Shown: positions 19,721 through 20,000 of the stretch, in pieces
How the letters are laid out: each line of letters begins with the position of its first letter
Numbering within the stretch: position 1 is the stretch's first letter
Origin: Curvularia clavata
Taxonomy: Eukaryota
Assembly (NCBI GenBank): GCA_023920165.1
Contig: CP089277.1
Location: 4,388,497-4,408,496, forward strand
Direction: 5' to 3'
Length of the DNA: 20,000 nucleotides
Notes under the pieces: model-generated
What the model saw: the letters and a program-made list of their open reading frames with translations, nothing else
Database searches by the model: none
Told to the model about the DNA's origin: nothing
Made by a program: the position numbers and the translations under genes

Positions 19721-19829
19721 TTATAGATAATTTGTATAAATAGTAGTAAATTATGGAAGATAGATAAGTATTGATTATAGATAATTTGTATAGAATAGCG
19801 GCAAATTACGGAAAATAGATAAGTATTAA
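19721..19829 (+). repeat. Two-copy ~54-bp tandem repeat abutting the telomere array
   Basis: TTATAGATAATTTGTATA...ATAGATAAGTATT at 19721-19774 and 19775-19829, differing mostly by transitions. Confidence 0.85.
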
Positions 19830-19949
19830 TAGGGTAGGGTTAGGGTTAGGGTTAGGGTTAGGGTTAGGGTTAGGGTTAGGGTTAGGGTTAGGGTTAGGGT
19901 TAGGGTTAGGGTTAGGGTTAGGGTTAGGGTTAGGGTTAGGGTTAGGGTT
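19830..19949 (+). repeat. Telomeric repeat array (TAGGG)2(TTAGGG)18
   Basis: Perfect TTAGGG repeats 19840-19947 preceded by two TAGGG units; followed by about 50 nt of non-telomeric sequence. Confidence 0.98.
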
Positions 19950-20000
19950 GCTGTCACACGAGTATGGAAGTCGTTCTTTAACCTTAGCAATACGTAACTG

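Overview
Subtelomeric window from a filamentous ascomycete (TTAGGG repeats, short GT-AG introns with CTAAC branch points, RIP-type mutations). Left to right: (1) the 5' half of an intact Ty3/gypsy LTR retrotransposon (element A, minus strand, 1-4009) whose Gag carries seven His/Cys repeats; (2) an AT-rich RIP-damaged stretch with a C2H2 zinc-finger pseudogene ending at a degenerate telomere relic (5388-5444); (3) a complete, very young chromodomain-bearing Ty3/gypsy element (element B, 5449-12644, identical 271-bp LTRs, GTTTT target-site duplication) that carries an extra antisense, intron-containing gene between pol and the 3' LTR; (4) a telomere-linked helicase unit with tandem repeats, a small spliced pseudogene and a 1624-codon reading frame (14771-19645) broken only by 8 in-frame stops; (5) an 18-copy TTAGGG array followed by non-telomeric sequence. 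The two best leads are a tyrosine-recombinase-like catalytic signature fused to the RecQ helicase, in a unit bracketed by the same 16-bp telomeric word, and the spliced antisense passenger gene of element B. All calls come from reading the sequence; no searches were run.
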